Shown: positions 25,277-39,191, counted from the first letter of the stretch. The stretch: DNA of 64,000 nt from Lama guanicoe (GCA_013239625.1 MU053416.1:109562-173561); one strand, 5' to 3'. The notes: generated from the sequence alone by a model not told the origin. A program made the numbers and translations.

Positions 25277-25743
25277 GTGAGGTGGTGATCGTTTAACTGG
25301 GGCCAGAAAGTTGTTGTTCTGGTTCCAATGTGAACGTCGGGCCGTCTTGCTTTGGGCTTGTCGGTCTGCTTAGGGGCCCTGATCATGTTTCCCACACTGC
25401 AGGTGAATTTGGTCTTTCCATAGTTTTTCTCAGGAAATAGATCTGAAGTGTGTGAGCTTTGTGTTCCCTCCCCTCCGAAAACCCTGGCCTTCTGGTGAGA
25501 TGGAGCGGTGACAAAGAGGCCACTGTCACAGAGGATTTGTCACAGCAGGACTCGCTCCCTGGGCAGCCAGGGCTGTTCTTACGTGAAGGAAAACATGATG
25601 TGTGTGTAGCATGTGCAACGTGCTGCAGAAGATATGTAACCGCTCATTCAATATAATTTGGTCCTGCTCATTCTTCCCATTTTAATTTTTGTAAGAGGGA
25701 AGAGTTGAAGATTTTCTTTGAATAAAGGTATTTAGAGCTTATC

Positions 25744-26998
25744 TTTTTTTTTAATTGAAATGTGGTTGATTTACAATGTTTTGTTACTTTCAGATATACA
25801 GCTGTTTTGTTAGTTTCAGGCATACAGCATACTGATTCAGTTGTACATATACATAGCCTATTCTTTTTCAAGTTCTTTGCCATTATAGGTTGCAAGATAT
25901 TGAATATTTTCCCCTGTGTTCTACAGTGAATCCTTGTTGTTTGTCTGCTTTACATATACTAGTTTGTAATCGTTAATCCCAAACTCCTAAGTTTGTTTTC
26001 TAAGTCTGTGAGTCTGTTTTTGTTTTGTAAATAAGTTCATTTGTATCATTTTTAAAAATTCCACATATAAGTGATATCATATGATACTTGTCTTTCTCTG
26101 TCTGAGTTATTTCACTTTAGTGTGATAATCTCCATGTCCATCCAAGTTGCTGTAAATGGCATTATTTCATTCTTTGTTATGACTGAGTAATATTGTGTTA
26201 TATCTAAATACCACATCTTTATCCAGTCATGTGTCAGTGGACGTTTAGGTTGCTACTGTGTCTTGGCCATTGTAAACAATGCTGCTGTGAACATTGGGGT
26301 GCAGGTATATTTTGGAATTAAGGATCCCTCTGGATATATGCCCAGGAGTGGGATTGATGGATCAAATGTTAAGTCATTTTTTAGTCTTTTGAGGACTCTC
26401 CATACTGTTTTCCACAGTGGCTGCACCAAAGTACATTCCCACCAAAAATGTAGGAGGGTTCCCTTTTCTCCACAGCCTCTCCAGGATTTATGGCTTGTGG
26501 ACATTTGATTGATGGCCATTCAGACTGGTGTGAGATGATAACTTATTGTAGTTTTGATTTGCATTTCTCTGATAATTAGCGATATTGAGCCTTTTTTTCA
26601 CATGCCTATTGGCCAATTGTATATCTTCATTGGAGAATTGCTTGTTTAGTTATTCTGCCCATTTTTGGATTGGGTTGTTTATTTTTTTTCTTATTTAGTT
26701 GTATGAATTATTTATATAGTCTAGAAGTTAAGCCATCTTCAGTCTCATCTTTTGCAAATATTTTCTCCCATTCCATAGGTTGTCATTTAGTTTTGCTTAT
26801 GGTTTCTATTGCTGTGCAAAAGCTGATAGGTTTAATTATGTCTCACTTGTTTATTTTGGCTTTTATTTCTGTTGCTTGGGTAGATTGCCCTAGGAGAACA
26901 TTGCTGAGATGTATGTCAAATAATGTTTTGCCTAGGTTTTCTTCTGAGAGGTTTATAGCGTCTTGTCTTATGTTTAAGTCTTTAAGCCATTTTGAGTT
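25744..26998 (-). mobile_element. LINE-1 3' portion (decayed ORF2 C-terminus and 3' UTR)
   Basis: Poly-T at 25744. Minus-strand ORF 26253-26519 contains [28 protein letters not shown]. No TSD found. Further L1-like debris runs to ~27350. Confidence 0.9.
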
Positions 26999-28054
26999 TT
27001 TTTTTTTGATTTTTCTTGCGACCCTATTGTATGCTTTTGATTTGTGGTTACCTTAATTTTCAACTATATCAACCCATTACTATATCTATTTCCTTTAGAC
27101 TGATAATAACGTGGGCTCCAACACATCCTAAGAATAATGAAGAAAAGAAAAAAAAGAAAGAGAAAAATAATCTATCTTTTCTTGCTCCCGTCTCCCATTT
27201 CCACCTTTTTGTATTTTGATGATCTTTTTCTTTTTTACATCATCATGTTTATTCTCTTGTAACTCGTTATTGCATTTCCAACTATATTTTTCCCATTTCT
27301 ATAGCATCCTGCTTCCTTTCTGTTTATAGTAGAAGCTTTTAATGTTTCTCTTTGGTTCAATAACGCTGAATTATCTCCCCACCACCCTCCACCCCACGCC
27401 TCTGAATCCTCAGTCCAGGGAAGCCAAACCATCCTAGCCTTCATCGGTTCTGGGAAAGCAATCTTCAGAGTGGGAAAAAATACATTGAAAAATAATATTC
27501 TGTGTGTTGCTTTCTACCTTTGCCCAGAGGGTGAGAAACACCTCTGAAGGCGGAGGAAGAAAGTTGGAGGTGGGGGGCACAAAATCTTTTCTCCTTTTTC
27601 TACTGAAAAAGTGATTGCTTTTGTAATTAATGATGATGCCCTTTAAATTGGTGAGATCGAGAGTCCACAGTTTCAGCGCCTGTGAATAACCAGCCGGGAG
27701 AAAAGTCTCCAGGGCACCTGCAGTGGAAAAGGCAGCCCCTCTGAGCACCTGTTGTTCTGTATTCTTCCTGCCTCCACACGGGTTCCCTAGGCACCGTGCA
27801 GTACGGTGCAGTTACCCGAGGTGGAGGACTGGGAGACCCCTCCTGGGTGGTGAGCCACAGGAGCCCACACTTGAAGGACAAAGTGAAGAGTCGTGGGGTG
27901 GACGTAGGAACAGAGGATGCTTGAGACCCAGGATGGTGTCCTGGATTTCAGCAGGCGAGGCTGGCTGGGCAGATGGGGCCCTGGGGCATGGGCAGTCCTT
28001 GAGGGATCTGAGGCAAAGATATGAACCAAGAGACTGGATTCGTGTAGGGGTACG

Positions 28055-28070
28055 GCGCCCTCTGGCGACC
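28055..28070. promoter_or_regulatory. Candidate CTCF site in a small CpG-rich patch
   Basis: GCGCCCTCTGGCGACC resembles the CTCF core GCGCCCYCTRGTGGCC, with local CpG retention at 28040-28165. Motif evidence only. Confidence 0.4.
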
Positions 28071-28489
28071 GCGGGGCAGCGCAGCGAGCCCAGGGGGAGC
28101 GGGCACTTACCCAAAGCTGGGTTGACAGGTCACAACCACCTCACTGGGGTCCGAGAGTCACGGAGTTATATTTAATTTTATGTCCTTCTTCCTGGAAAAG
28201 AAACTGCTGCCCCTTGAATAGCGTGTGTCGCTAGTGAGAATTAAAGACATGAAGCCAGATTGCCTCAAAAGTCATCCATTGTGTAGTTGTTAATAAGTGT
28301 CAAATGCAAACTTGAATAGATGAAGTGAAACATTCATCAGAGGATTTTAAAATCCTTTAAAATAAAAATTCTTGCTGCCTTTGTTCTTCATTTCAGGGTT
28401 CACTTGTTGATAATAATAGCAACCAAAGCAACAGCAAACCCTCATCTGTCCTGCCAGGAACGCTGTGTTCACGACCATCCAATGAGTAG

Positions 28490-28600
28490 GCACCACTATG
28501 AGTTCCACTTTACAGGCAAGAACATTGACTAATCACACAGCTAGTAAATGGCAGAGCTGGGACTTGAACCCAAGCTGTCTGGCCCCAGAGCCCCCTTTGA
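28490..28600. mobile_element. MIR SINE remnant
   Basis: ccactttacagg...tcacacagctagtaaatggcagagctgggacttgaacccaagctgtctggccccagagc. Confidence 0.7.
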
Positions 28601-31600
28601 GCCCCTTCACTGCAGCTCATCACTTGGCATGCCTGACACAGGCCAGCATTTATGAGCAGAGTGACCTTGGCAAAGGCTGCTTCACCACTTGGTCTCTGTT
28701 TCCACATCTGTAGAATGGGGGTGTGGGCAGTGAACTCTGTGAGCTCAGTGGTCACTTCCTCCAGCTCTGCTATTCTACGGCTTTGAGTTAGTTTAGTAAG
28801 TATCCGAGCCTCTGCCTGGCCCACCCATAAGCTGGCGCTTTGCTAGGCCCTGGGTTACAGAGAAAAGTAAGATCAGCCTGCTTCTCTGAGGAGCCTGTGT
28901 CACTCCACGGGAAGCAGGTGTGAGGCACAGGCTCCCTCGCTGGCAGTAAGAGTCTGGGCAGGAAAGTCTGACAGAAGATGGAGGCAGAGCCCCTCCGGGA
29001 TCAGTGGTGGGCCACACAGCTCACAGGACCGAGAGCCTCTGTCCAGGCTGCTGAGAAGGGAGCCCTTAGCTCGCCCCAACCTAAGCCCTCAGGACAAAGA
29101 TCCAGCCATCCCTGAAATGTCACCATAGAGCCCGTCCATCCTCATCACTGTGCCTCTGTGCTCCTTTGTCCTGGGGCCTCTCTTCCCCCTACACCCAGAA
29201 GACGTTTCTCCCTCTCTTCTCTGAGTGTCCCCTCACTTCACCCGTGGTCCCTGCTTCCTGGGCAACCATCTCTGGAGCTGAAACTTTGCCCCCTCACACC
29301 CCCCGTTTGATCAGGAGCCTGGTTTGGCCTCCTTGTGCTCACTTTCCACCTTCAGATCATTGCTCCTCCTCTCTTGGGAGCATCTGCAAAACCCAGATCC
29401 TTTCCTACCAGTGCCTGCCACCCTGGCCTCCCTGCTCATCTGCCCCAGTCAGGAGCACCTGGGCCCCCAGCTCTCTATTGCCTCACCTCCTACGATTAAG
29501 ACATCAAAACTGATTCTCCATCCACCACCCAGCATGGTCATTTTAGGTTCTTCTTCTCCATCAGCCTGAGCCAGCCACACCCCATTCACCCTACCCCGGG
29601 ATCATACCCGGGCATATCTCCACCCCAGTTCCAGCCTCTCTCCTTTAAGTGCCCACCTCTAGCCATCCAGCTGCTTCTCCACCAGCCTCCCTGGCCCACC
29701 TTCACCCTCACTGGGGCATCATGTGCTGACTCCTCTGCTTTCCTGCCTGTCCACGTTCCTCTTACTTCCACTTCCCCACCTTCCAGCACTGCATCCGCAG
29801 TGAGCACTCTCTTTATGACAAACAAAACTCCCTTGACCCTTGATCTTTTCAGTTCCTCACCAGGATGACTTCCATCTCGGTTCACCCAGCCCTATTTGTT
29901 CTGAGCCTGCAGGCAGCAGGCTCACCCAGCACAGATTTCTAAGACCACAAATCAATGCCCACCATGTTGCCACTGCCAGGCAATCCTCCAGGATTTCCCT
30001 AGAGAGCACATTCCCCACTTATCACTCAGAGGTGTCAACATTCTCTGCTCTCTGTACAACTCTAACCTTCCCTCTGTCTCTTCCTTGACTCCCAGGAGAT
30101 GGCCTTGCCTCCTGCTTCAGAGAGAATGACATGTCACTGGAAAGGAACTCGCTCACCTGCAGCAAATCTGCTCACCTCACCTTTTATCTGTCCCTCTCCC
30201 ACCTGGACTCTAGCTGTAGTTGTTCTTAATATAGTGAGTTTAGTTGACATATATATACACAGTTGAAAGCATAGCACACTATAGGCTGCCTTCTAGGGCT
30301 TACTTTTTTCATTTAACATAGAGTGTATGATTCATCCATTTTGTTGCCTGTACCTGCAGTTCATTTGTTTAACTGATCTTAAATTTTGTGTGTGTGAAAG
30401 TAACACAAGACAAGGGTAAGCCTGGATTCAGGATGCTTTTTACTTCCTGTGAGAAGAGGCCAAGGGCAGGATAGGGAAAGAGGACACAGTATGTCACTGT
30501 CAATAGTCCTGTTCTGATGCTGGGTGATACGTTCACAACTGTTTCTTATAATATTAATTTTAATACATAAATGCATCTGACAGGCCCCTAAGATGAGAAT
30601 GTCATGAACCAAGACATACAATGGGTAATATTGCATCATTATTGTTCTGTAATTTTGTTATAAAATATATTAATCATAATCTTACATTGTTATGTGTTTT
30701 ATATTACATAGATACATGAATTATATATTAGTTATATAATCACCTACATATGTATTATATACTCTCTGCTAATAAATTAACAGAACATAATATGCTATTA
30801 TATCTACTATTATGTATTATTTATTAAATAATAACATATTGTATCCTTTTATGTGACATGGCACATAATCTTTAATCAAATAAAAATATGTCACAACATG
30901 TAATGATAATTAATATAATTAAATAAAAAAGCCCACGGCTTTTAACGCTGACACCGCTCCAGCTGTCACTGTCTTTTCTCTTCCCTTTCATGGCCTAGGT
31001 CCTCACAGTGCTATCCATTCCCCCTTTCATCTCCTTATCCTGAACCTTCCTCCTCCTCCCTTCCCATGCTGGCTTCTGCCCCGTGGTCCCTCTTGTCACC
31101 AGCGGCATCTGGGGCGCTGATTTCCGGGCACTGTCTCAGGCCCCAGCTCACCTGCCTGTCCGCCGCCTCTGCCACCGCTGCTGGGGCGGGGCAGGGAAGA
31201 GTGTGCCTCTTGTCCTGGAAGAGAACACAGCACAGGCTCAGTGACCAGCAGCAGGTGTGGCCGGGACCTGCAGGACTGGGGGGAGAGCCAGGCTGTCTGC
31301 ACCCAGACTTGGGACACTTGAGGTGTGAGGAATCCCAGTCCTCACTGCCCCTGAAGTGAGGAAATCACCCTCAGGTGAGTTAAAGTGCTCATGACCTAGG
31401 TCTGTTAGCTGGAAAGGACAAACGGGTCCCTAAGGGGAGGGTAGTTGATGTTCCAGGCCCCACCAAGGCCCTAAGGGCTGACAGGGAAGCAGGCTGGACG
31501 GTGCACTGGACCCAGTGCCCCCACGGGGGTGGGGCCTTCGGGAACAAGCAGAAAGCCCTCGGTCTCTGGGGTGAACGGGGCAGTGTTGAAGCATCCCTGC

Positions 31601-33313
31601 AGCGAGTCAAGTGAGGTCAGGGCCTGTGGGATCCGTTTTTGTGGCCACATCGGTCCTCAGCAGAAGCCACAGCAGGAGTGGATTCCTGTCTCTCCAGCTG
31701 TCATCCTCGTGTCTGAGTGCCAGGCTTCAGACCCGATCCCCTGGGGCGCTAGGACAGTTATAGACAGAGGCGGCTCGGGGAGGCCTCAAGAGGGCGGTAC
31801 TAGCCTTCCTGCCGACAGGGTTACATGAAGATCGAACAATCCATTGGACAATCCATTGATGGGAAGAAAATAAGAACCATGGTCACATCTGGGCCCCAAG
31901 CTTAAACGTGGTGTATGGGGGACATTTATCGACAATCCAGCGAGGTTCTGGCCCGAGCTAGAGGCCAGGATAGCAATTCGGGAGTGGCACTAAGGAGCAT
32001 CATGGTGCAGAGGCTGGACTAGGGGCCTGCAGGCTCCTCCCAGGAGGAGCCTCAGTGTTTGGGAGGTGGCTCACATGCCTCCTTCGTGTCACCAGCAAGT
32101 GATGCCACCTGCGGAAAATCAGCTGTAATCCTGAGGCGGGTCAGCCCTGGGTGATGTGATAAAGGCTCCTACAAAAGGGGGCACCAGACAGACAGTGAAC
32201 CAACAAACAGGCTGATGAGTTTCCCGCCTGTGTTTATCGTGCTTTCGTAGCCAATAATGAGGAGAGAGTTGAATGGCACGCCAAGAAGGTTTTAACAGCA
32301 TGAGAGGGTGCCATGTCTCACTGCATTTCAGTGTCACCCAGAGGAATTCAGGTGTTTAGACCTAGGGGAGGCTAACGCCTCTCGGTTCCTCATCAACCTG
32401 GCAAACCCACCAGCCCTCTATGGCCAGATCTTGGCAAGTGCCTTCCCTTGTTATAACAGAACACTTCCCACTCACGCCTGTGGTAATCTTTTATTTTTTT
32501 AATTAATGGGAATGGAGATACCTTACAACCTCCTCTGAACTTTCCTTAGGGCTTCTGCCCTTAGAACCCAGCAAGGGGGCCTGCTGCCCTGGGTCCTGCA
32601 CTACAGAGGGTCCCCCTGGCCCTGACACTTCCTCTGGCCACACCCTCCATGGGGTGGAGTCAGCAGAGCCAAGGGCACACGGTCATTGGCTCCATCCCGT
32701 GCTCTGGAAACCCAGGACCCCGAATGCCCTGCCTCAGCAGCCCCTGACCCATTTCTAGTGCCTGAACCGGCTCTCCCCAGAGTTCAGATTCCCAGGACTC
32801 ACAGAGAGGCCAAAGGGCAGCTGTTTGCATGGAGGGTATGAGCAGATCCCAGACGTGAGTTCTGAGTGTCCCCCTGTGCACATCCAAGGCCACTTGTGGC
32901 AAGGGATGGACCCAGCATTGGGAAGAAAAGGGTCAGGCTAGTGGTCAGAGACTGGGAATCAGCTCTTCCGACATGCTCACTTTCTTTGCCAGACTCCCCT
33001 GTGTCTGGGAATTCTAAATTTGAACCTGGCCTTCCCCCTTATAATGAATGTATATTTGTAAAGGCAGGACTTTAGAACCTACTGCACTTAAAATGTTTAG
33101 ATATATAGGATGTGAGCTCCCAGGTATGCTCTGGCCCTGCACTTACAAAGATCCAGAGCAGTTATGTTGGCTCTTCTGAGACTGTAATTGGCAAAGACCA
33201 TCTCCAGAGAGGAGGGGCTCCTGCTTCATGCTCTGAAGTCAGGATCTTCTGAGCGGATAAAACAATGGACACTGAGACCCTCAAATGTAAATTGATTTAG
33301 AATAACTCCAAAA

Positions 33314-33577
33314 GTGTGTATGAGGTGTGTGTGCACACGCGCGCACCTGGGGACGTGTGTGGTACATGACTATGACTCTGTGTGTGTGTGTGTGGCGCGT
33401 GCCTGGGGATGTATGTGGTTGTGTGTATGCTATGTGTGTGTGTGCACATGAGGACGTGTGTGGTTGTGTGTATGGTCTGTGTGTGTGTGGTACATGAGTC
33501 CATGTGTGTGTGCGTGTGGGGATGTATGTGGAGCAGAGCCAGTGTGTCTGCACGTGTGTTTGTGTGTACGTGCATGC
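33314..33577. repeat. (TG)-rich compound microsatellite/minisatellite
   Basis: TG runs with recurring ggacgtgtgtgg / ggatgtatgtgg blocks. Confidence 0.9.
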
Positions 33578-35769
33578 ATTAGTTTTAGTAGTAGAAGCTG
33601 TCCTTTAGAATTCTGAAGTAGTAAAAATCGTATGATGTCCTTCGCTGTATAATTCAAAATTAAAATAATCTTCAATCACCAGAAATTTATTCCTCCCCAG
33701 ATTCTGATTATTTTTTTCCATATTGATTATGTCTTCATTTTACTAATGTGGAAACTGTAGCTTAGAGATGTTAACTGACTCAACCAAGGGCATGGAGCTT
33801 GCGAGCCCAGGGCCAGGACGCAGTCCAAGCCGCGCTACTGCAGAGGCCTGGAGCCCTGCTCACGATCACGCGTGGCATCTTGGCGGGGGAACAGATTCTG
33901 ATGGGCTGTGGCGAGCGTGCAGGCTGCCCAATCTGTGGACTGGGGAAGCCGGGCAGAGAGTACCACACAGCAGACAAGAGTGAAGGGCTACTCAGAAATC
34001 AGATAGGTTCCTAGGTCTTGGATGAGTAAGGAGGCTTACTGCTCACCCTTGATCCTTTTGCTGGTGGCTAAAAGGGACCAAGGCCCACGAGAGCACTTCT
34101 GGGAGCTGCCTGCCAAAACCTGGAAAAGGACTGCTCAGGACTGGCTCTGTAGTAGGAGCAGAGGAAGGAAATGTCGCCTCCTGGCGGACAGTATTGGTGA
34201 TGGCAGTAGGAGGTCTAGCAGTCTTATTATGGAGGTGGCAGGACAGGGTCCTTGTGGAGGATCGTTTTCACCTGTCTTAAAAATCATTGCTTCATATATT
34301 GTATCCATTTTGTGGTTTATTTTGGGGTGGTAAATATGGTCTCTGTTACTTCATATTAGCTGGATTGATTAATCATTTATTGTTAATTTTCTCTTCAATG
34401 ATTTGGAAGCTATATTGTCTTTTAATGAAAATTCTCTCTAAATTTTTTAAATCATCTCTAAGTTCATATCTTTATATGTAATTGGACCAGTATTCCTATA
34501 AAAGTCTCAAAAATGAAATAATCTAGTAGATCTTGTTTCTCAATAATGATAAATTTAGCATATTTTACCTCTCTGCTCTTCCAGATTGTGTGTGTGTGTG
34601 TGTCTGTGTATTTGTGTCCTCCAGTTACTACTTTTTAGACAGTTGCTTTCAGTTTGTTACATTAACAATGAAAATATAGATATAAACTTCTTGGATTTTA
34701 TTGCTCACTACCACTATTTAATCCCATGTGTTTCCCACTTTTGAGTTATTTACTTATAGGGATTTTCAAATCAACAGGACACATGATTGGCTAAGTTTTT
34801 TCGAGCAGTGGACTTTCAACGCTTACATGTCTATATGCAGCTTTATGTTCTCCTCCTCAACAACTCTCAGCGTGTTGTTGATGGCCCAAGCCTTGTTTTA
34901 AAATACGGCATTGTTTTTCATCACCAAAAAACAAAAAAAAAGGTTTCTTAAATTAAAGTGCTGTCTTTTTATGACTGGCTAGTCTTGTCTGGTGAATAGA
35001 GATTTCCTTAACCTTCCTCCTTCTTTTCGCCATAACTCGGATTCATTGAGATACATGTTTCTACCATTCCTCAGATGGGCTTCCGCTTTGACTTCCGCTT
35101 TAAACCATCACTCCACTCTTTTTCTCCATGCTTATTCATGAAAAAGTGAGCTCTCTATCGGATTAAAGATGGTTCCCGTCAGAGATGTGTGGCTCCCTGT
35201 CAAAGGTCCAAAGAAGAGGAAAGGAAAGATTCCTGTTTCTGGTGGTTACATTTTGTCAGCTTAGAGATCTAGTTATGCGTGTGGCTGTGGTGGAATCTGC
35301 AATATCTTGGCTCAGAGTTTCCTTTTTCTGGCTTATTAGGGGAGCCGCATTCGCTGGGGTCATGGCGCTGTGGCTGTTGTCAGGATCCTGGGGCTGAGGC
35401 AGCCCCCTCACCCCTTGTTATTTCCATCTTGCAAACTGGATCCCAGCTATGTGAACCCTGTACATGGCGGCCAGGATTGCCCCCACGTGACGTGTCCTCA
35501 ATTCCTCAGCGTCCCTCACTGCTATCCGCTAGCTCCACTCAGGGTACAAGCTGGCTTCCACTGCGGTCCTTCCTCCTTCCTCTCCAGGCAGGCCCTCCTT
35601 TCCCACTAGTTGGCCATAAACCTTCTCTCCTGTGCTACATACGCTGAAGGAATTCCTCAGGATTTCCAGCAGGTAGATGGTGCTCTTCTATGTTTGGACC
35701 CCTTCAGTGCTTGAAGTGGAAATTTAAGAGGTGGAAAGGAAGAGCTTGGGGGTTCTCCGTGTTTAGGGT

Positions 35770-36215
35770 CTCCCTATCCAGCAGATTCAACTAACTGTGG
35801 ATTGAAAATATTCGGGAAAAAACAGAAAGTTTCATAAAGCAACACTTGAATTTGCCTTACACTGGTAACTACTTACATAGCATTCATATTGTATTAGATA
35901 CCATGAGTAATCTAGAGATGATTTAAAGTACACAGGAGGACTCAGCGAAAGAGAATGTGACAACGAATGTATGTGTATATTCATGTATAACTGAAAAATT
36001 GTGCTCTGCGTTGGAATTTGATGCAACATTGTAAAATGACTATAACTCAATAAAAAATGTTTGTGTGTATATATATATATAAAAATTACATGGGAGGGTG
36101 CACATAAGTTCCATACAAGTCCTATGCCATTTTATACAAGAGGCGTCAGCATCCATGGATGTTGACTCTGGGGTGAGTCCTGGAACCAGTGCCCCATGGT
36201 TACCAAGGGATGACT
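35770..36215 (-). mobile_element. MER2-like TcMar-Tigger element interrupted by a short L1 tail
   Basis: gtaatctagagatgatttaaagtac...tatgccattttatacaagagg...tcctggaaccagtgccccatggttaccaagggatgactg matches recalled MER2 in reverse. Confidence 0.7.
35941..36082 (+). mobile_element. Very short L1 3'-tail insertion
   Basis: Aligns to the tail of the young L1 at ~16655-16775 (aatgtgacaa...actgaaaaattgtgct...ggaatttga...caacattgtaaaatga...tcaataaaaaatgtt). Degenerate TSD aaagtacacaggagga / aaattacatgggaggg. Confidence 0.8.
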
Positions 36216-36429
36216 GGAAGTCCAGGCTCCTTATCCTAGCCTGTTATGTCCCCATGTGGTCTGAATGTTGCTTTTACCACACTCTCCTGGACACTCTACC
36301 TGAGTCCTGCCAGACTGCCCTCTGATTCTTGAACAGGCCACACTCACTGCATTTCATGTCTGGCCCCTAGAAATACCCGTTACTTTCTGAGCATGGCTCT
36401 GCTTTAATAAAATGGGCTGCATTGTCACT

Positions 36430-37075
36430 AGAGAAGACACTGTGAAGGTTCCTTTAAAAACTGAAAATGTACTTAACTCATGATCCAGCCTTCCCACTCC
36501 CAGGCATATGTCAGGAGATAACTCTAATTCAAAAAGTCACATGCACCTCAATGCTCACAGCAGCACTATGTATAAAAGCCAGGACGTGGCAACAACCCAA
36601 ATGTCCATCGACAGCTGACTGGATAAAGAAGTAGTATTATATTTATACAAAGGAATAATACTTAGCCATTAAAAAGAACAAAGTAATGCCATTTGCAGCA
36701 ACATAGATGGACGTAGGGATAGTCATTCTAAGTGAAGTAAGCCAGAAAAAGAAAAATGCCATATGATATCACTTATATGTGGAATCTAAAAAATGTCACA
36801 AATTAACTTAAATTACAAAAGAGAAACAGACCCACAGACATAGAGAAACAAACTTATGGTTACCAGGGAGAGAAGGGGATGGGAAGGGATAAATATGGGA
36901 ATTAAAAAAGTGCCCCTCTTGGGGAGTGATGGGAATGTTAGCTATCTTGATTGTGGTGATGGTTTTCTGGATGTAGACACTATCAAATTCATCAAATACT
37001 ACATGTGAAATATGTGTATTTTACTGTACAGGAATCATGCCATAATAAAGGTGCCTGTTAAAAAAAAAGAAGAAA
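36430..37075 (+). mobile_element. LINE-1 3' end fragment
   Basis: aatgtccatcgacagctgactggataaagaag, atgccatttgcagcaaca and aagtgaagtaagccag, followed by aataaa and an A-rich tail at ~37045-37076. Confidence 0.9.
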
Positions 37076-38744
37076 AGACTGGCGGCATTGTGTTCTACGT
37101 TTCTATGTGTCTTCAGTGAGTGTGTCTTCAAGTTTCTGGTCTGGCATATTTTCTGAACCAGAAGTACCCTCCTTCCCTTTTCTTTGGTAAACTTTCAGTG
37201 GGTGGTATTTATTCCCGTGGCTTCAACTGCTCTCTGTCCAGTGATTAACTGTCAAAGCTTTTCCAGCTTGGACATCTCATTTCAGTCCCAGAAATATACT
37301 TATAATTGACAAGTAGACATTCCCACTTGATAAGCCCATAAAAATCTCAAGCTGTGTATGTTTGAATTTACACTCGTTCAGAACTAGGTTTACTTCCTCA
37401 AACAATGGCATCACTACCCCATCTGTTTTCCGTGCCATACATCTGGGAGTTTTCCTTTACTTTTCCACTCCCTCACCCCCGTCAGTAATACAGTTCTATT
37501 CCTTAATGTCCCCCAACTAAGTCCCTGCTCCTCGCTCCCCACTGCATTAATTCCCACCCCATGCTAGTCTCCCCAGTGCTGTTCTTTAGAGTGAACAATC
37601 CACTTTTATCACTTTTATTGAGTAGTTTGTGTCACTTTCCTCCTTAAAAGCCCAAAGAATTCTCCGCTGCGTATGTGAGAAAGTCCACGCTCCCTGATTT
37701 AACGTCACACCTTCTCATCACCTAGTTGCTGCTTTTCTGTCAGCCTCAGCTTCCATTAGTTCGTCACAGCCTCTAGCCTCACTGACCTTCCTTCCCTAAG
37801 TGCAAAGTGCTCTTAGACACGACCAGACCTCTGCGCGAGACACTCAAGCTGCCGAGAGTCCCATCCCCACCACGCACTCTCCTGGTCTAGAGATTTGCTG
37901 GAATCCTTCAGATGTCAGTGCAGAAAGCATTTCCTCTCTGACACTTTCCCTACTTTCTAGAACCCTGCTCCAGGCAGTGGAAGAGCCCCTCTGAACATAC
38001 ATGATGCCAAATGACTCTTACAACATTGTTTTGAAAACCTATTTAAATTTGTCTCTTCCATGACACACTGTGATCTCCTTGAGGAATGGGGGGCTGTGTG
38101 GTATTTGTCTAGAGAGCTAATGTCTGGCACAGACCCCGGGCCATCAGAAACAGTCTGCTGACTCATCAAGAAGAATTGTCGTCTTTGAGATGTAAGAAAG
38201 ACTACATGATCTCTGATCTCACACCTTCCAGCAAGGGTCAAAATAATTTCACATAGAACTACACAGGCAAAATATGTGTATTCTTTTCCACTTTGTGAGC
38301 CCGAGATCATAGGCATTCCTGGAACGTAGGTGTCACTCTAAGCTCTCTGTCACCTAGGCTGTCACGTCCAGCTTCAACATATATTTTAGAAGTTGTAGGG
38401 ATACGTGTACATCTCCCCGTCTTAGAGCAAACGACGCTTCAGCCTCACCCAGTTTAATGTTCATGTAAAAATCAGAAATCTTCCAAACTGAAGCCTGAGG
38501 AAACATTTCCCTTCTCTCCTTCCAGTCTGTCTGCCATCTGCATCCCACATCCCCACTGCTCACCTGCATCAGGCTACCTTCCATCTAGAAACATTTTTGG
38601 TGGGACACGTGGATGAGAAGTAATTACAGCAGTCATGAAAATGTTCCCATGAACATAGGCTCTGCACAACAAGGATGCTTTGACCGGAGACCTCAGCCGT
38701 GGCCTGCAGTGTCTTTTCACGTGTTCTGCCTGGCTTCCCTGCAG

Positions 38745-38909
38745 ACGTTCTGCAGAAAATCAAGCCTGCAGTTAAAGTCATAGAAGGCCCAAGAAATCCA
38801 GAAAAATAGAGTGAGATTCATCTCCTTGGGAATGTTTTTGAAAACCATCCATTAATAGGAAGAAGAGCTTTAAGAAGTTCGTTTCAGAGCAGATGATGTC
38901 CAACTGCAG
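38745..38909 (+). pseudogene. Candidate exon remnant of a second unidentified gene (165 nt, phase 1-1)
   Basis: Acceptor ttctgcctggcttccctgcag, donor AG|gtgggt. Reads VLQKIKPAVKVIEGPRNPEK*SEIHLLGNVFENHPLIGRRALRSSFQSR*CPTA. Confidence 0.45.
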
Positions 38910-39191
38910 GTGGGTCAGTGTTGTCATTTTTACTCTCTAGTTGGCTTTCTGCTGCTTCTAACATGCCGCTGTTTAGAGAAGTGGCCCGAGCTGGCCCTCA
39001 GAGAAGAAAGGTGAGCTGGGCCTGGTGACAGCCTAGCTCCTCTGCTGTGTAGTAACCCGCTGAGAAGGAAGGGATGGCCCAGGGCTTCCTCTGACTCTCT
39101 CCTTCAGTTATAATCTCTCTGAAGGGAAAATGGAGTAAAAAATCTTAATTCAGTATGGTATTGTCAAAGTATAAAAATAATTGTTTTTGGA

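Noticed and set aside
27650..27690. IESPQFQRL resembling the SAMHD1/HD-domain motif IDTPQFQRL
   Set aside because: It is followed immediately by a stop, has no splice acceptor and shows no further similarity.
31102..31373. Possible plus-strand exon (acceptor ~31101, donor CAG|gtgagt ~31373)
   Set aside because: No recognisable peptide or phase chain supports it, and splice-like motifs alone are too common.
33281..33675. His/Thr-rich and Val/Cys-rich ORFs
   Set aside because: They are translations of the (TG)n/(CA)n tract.
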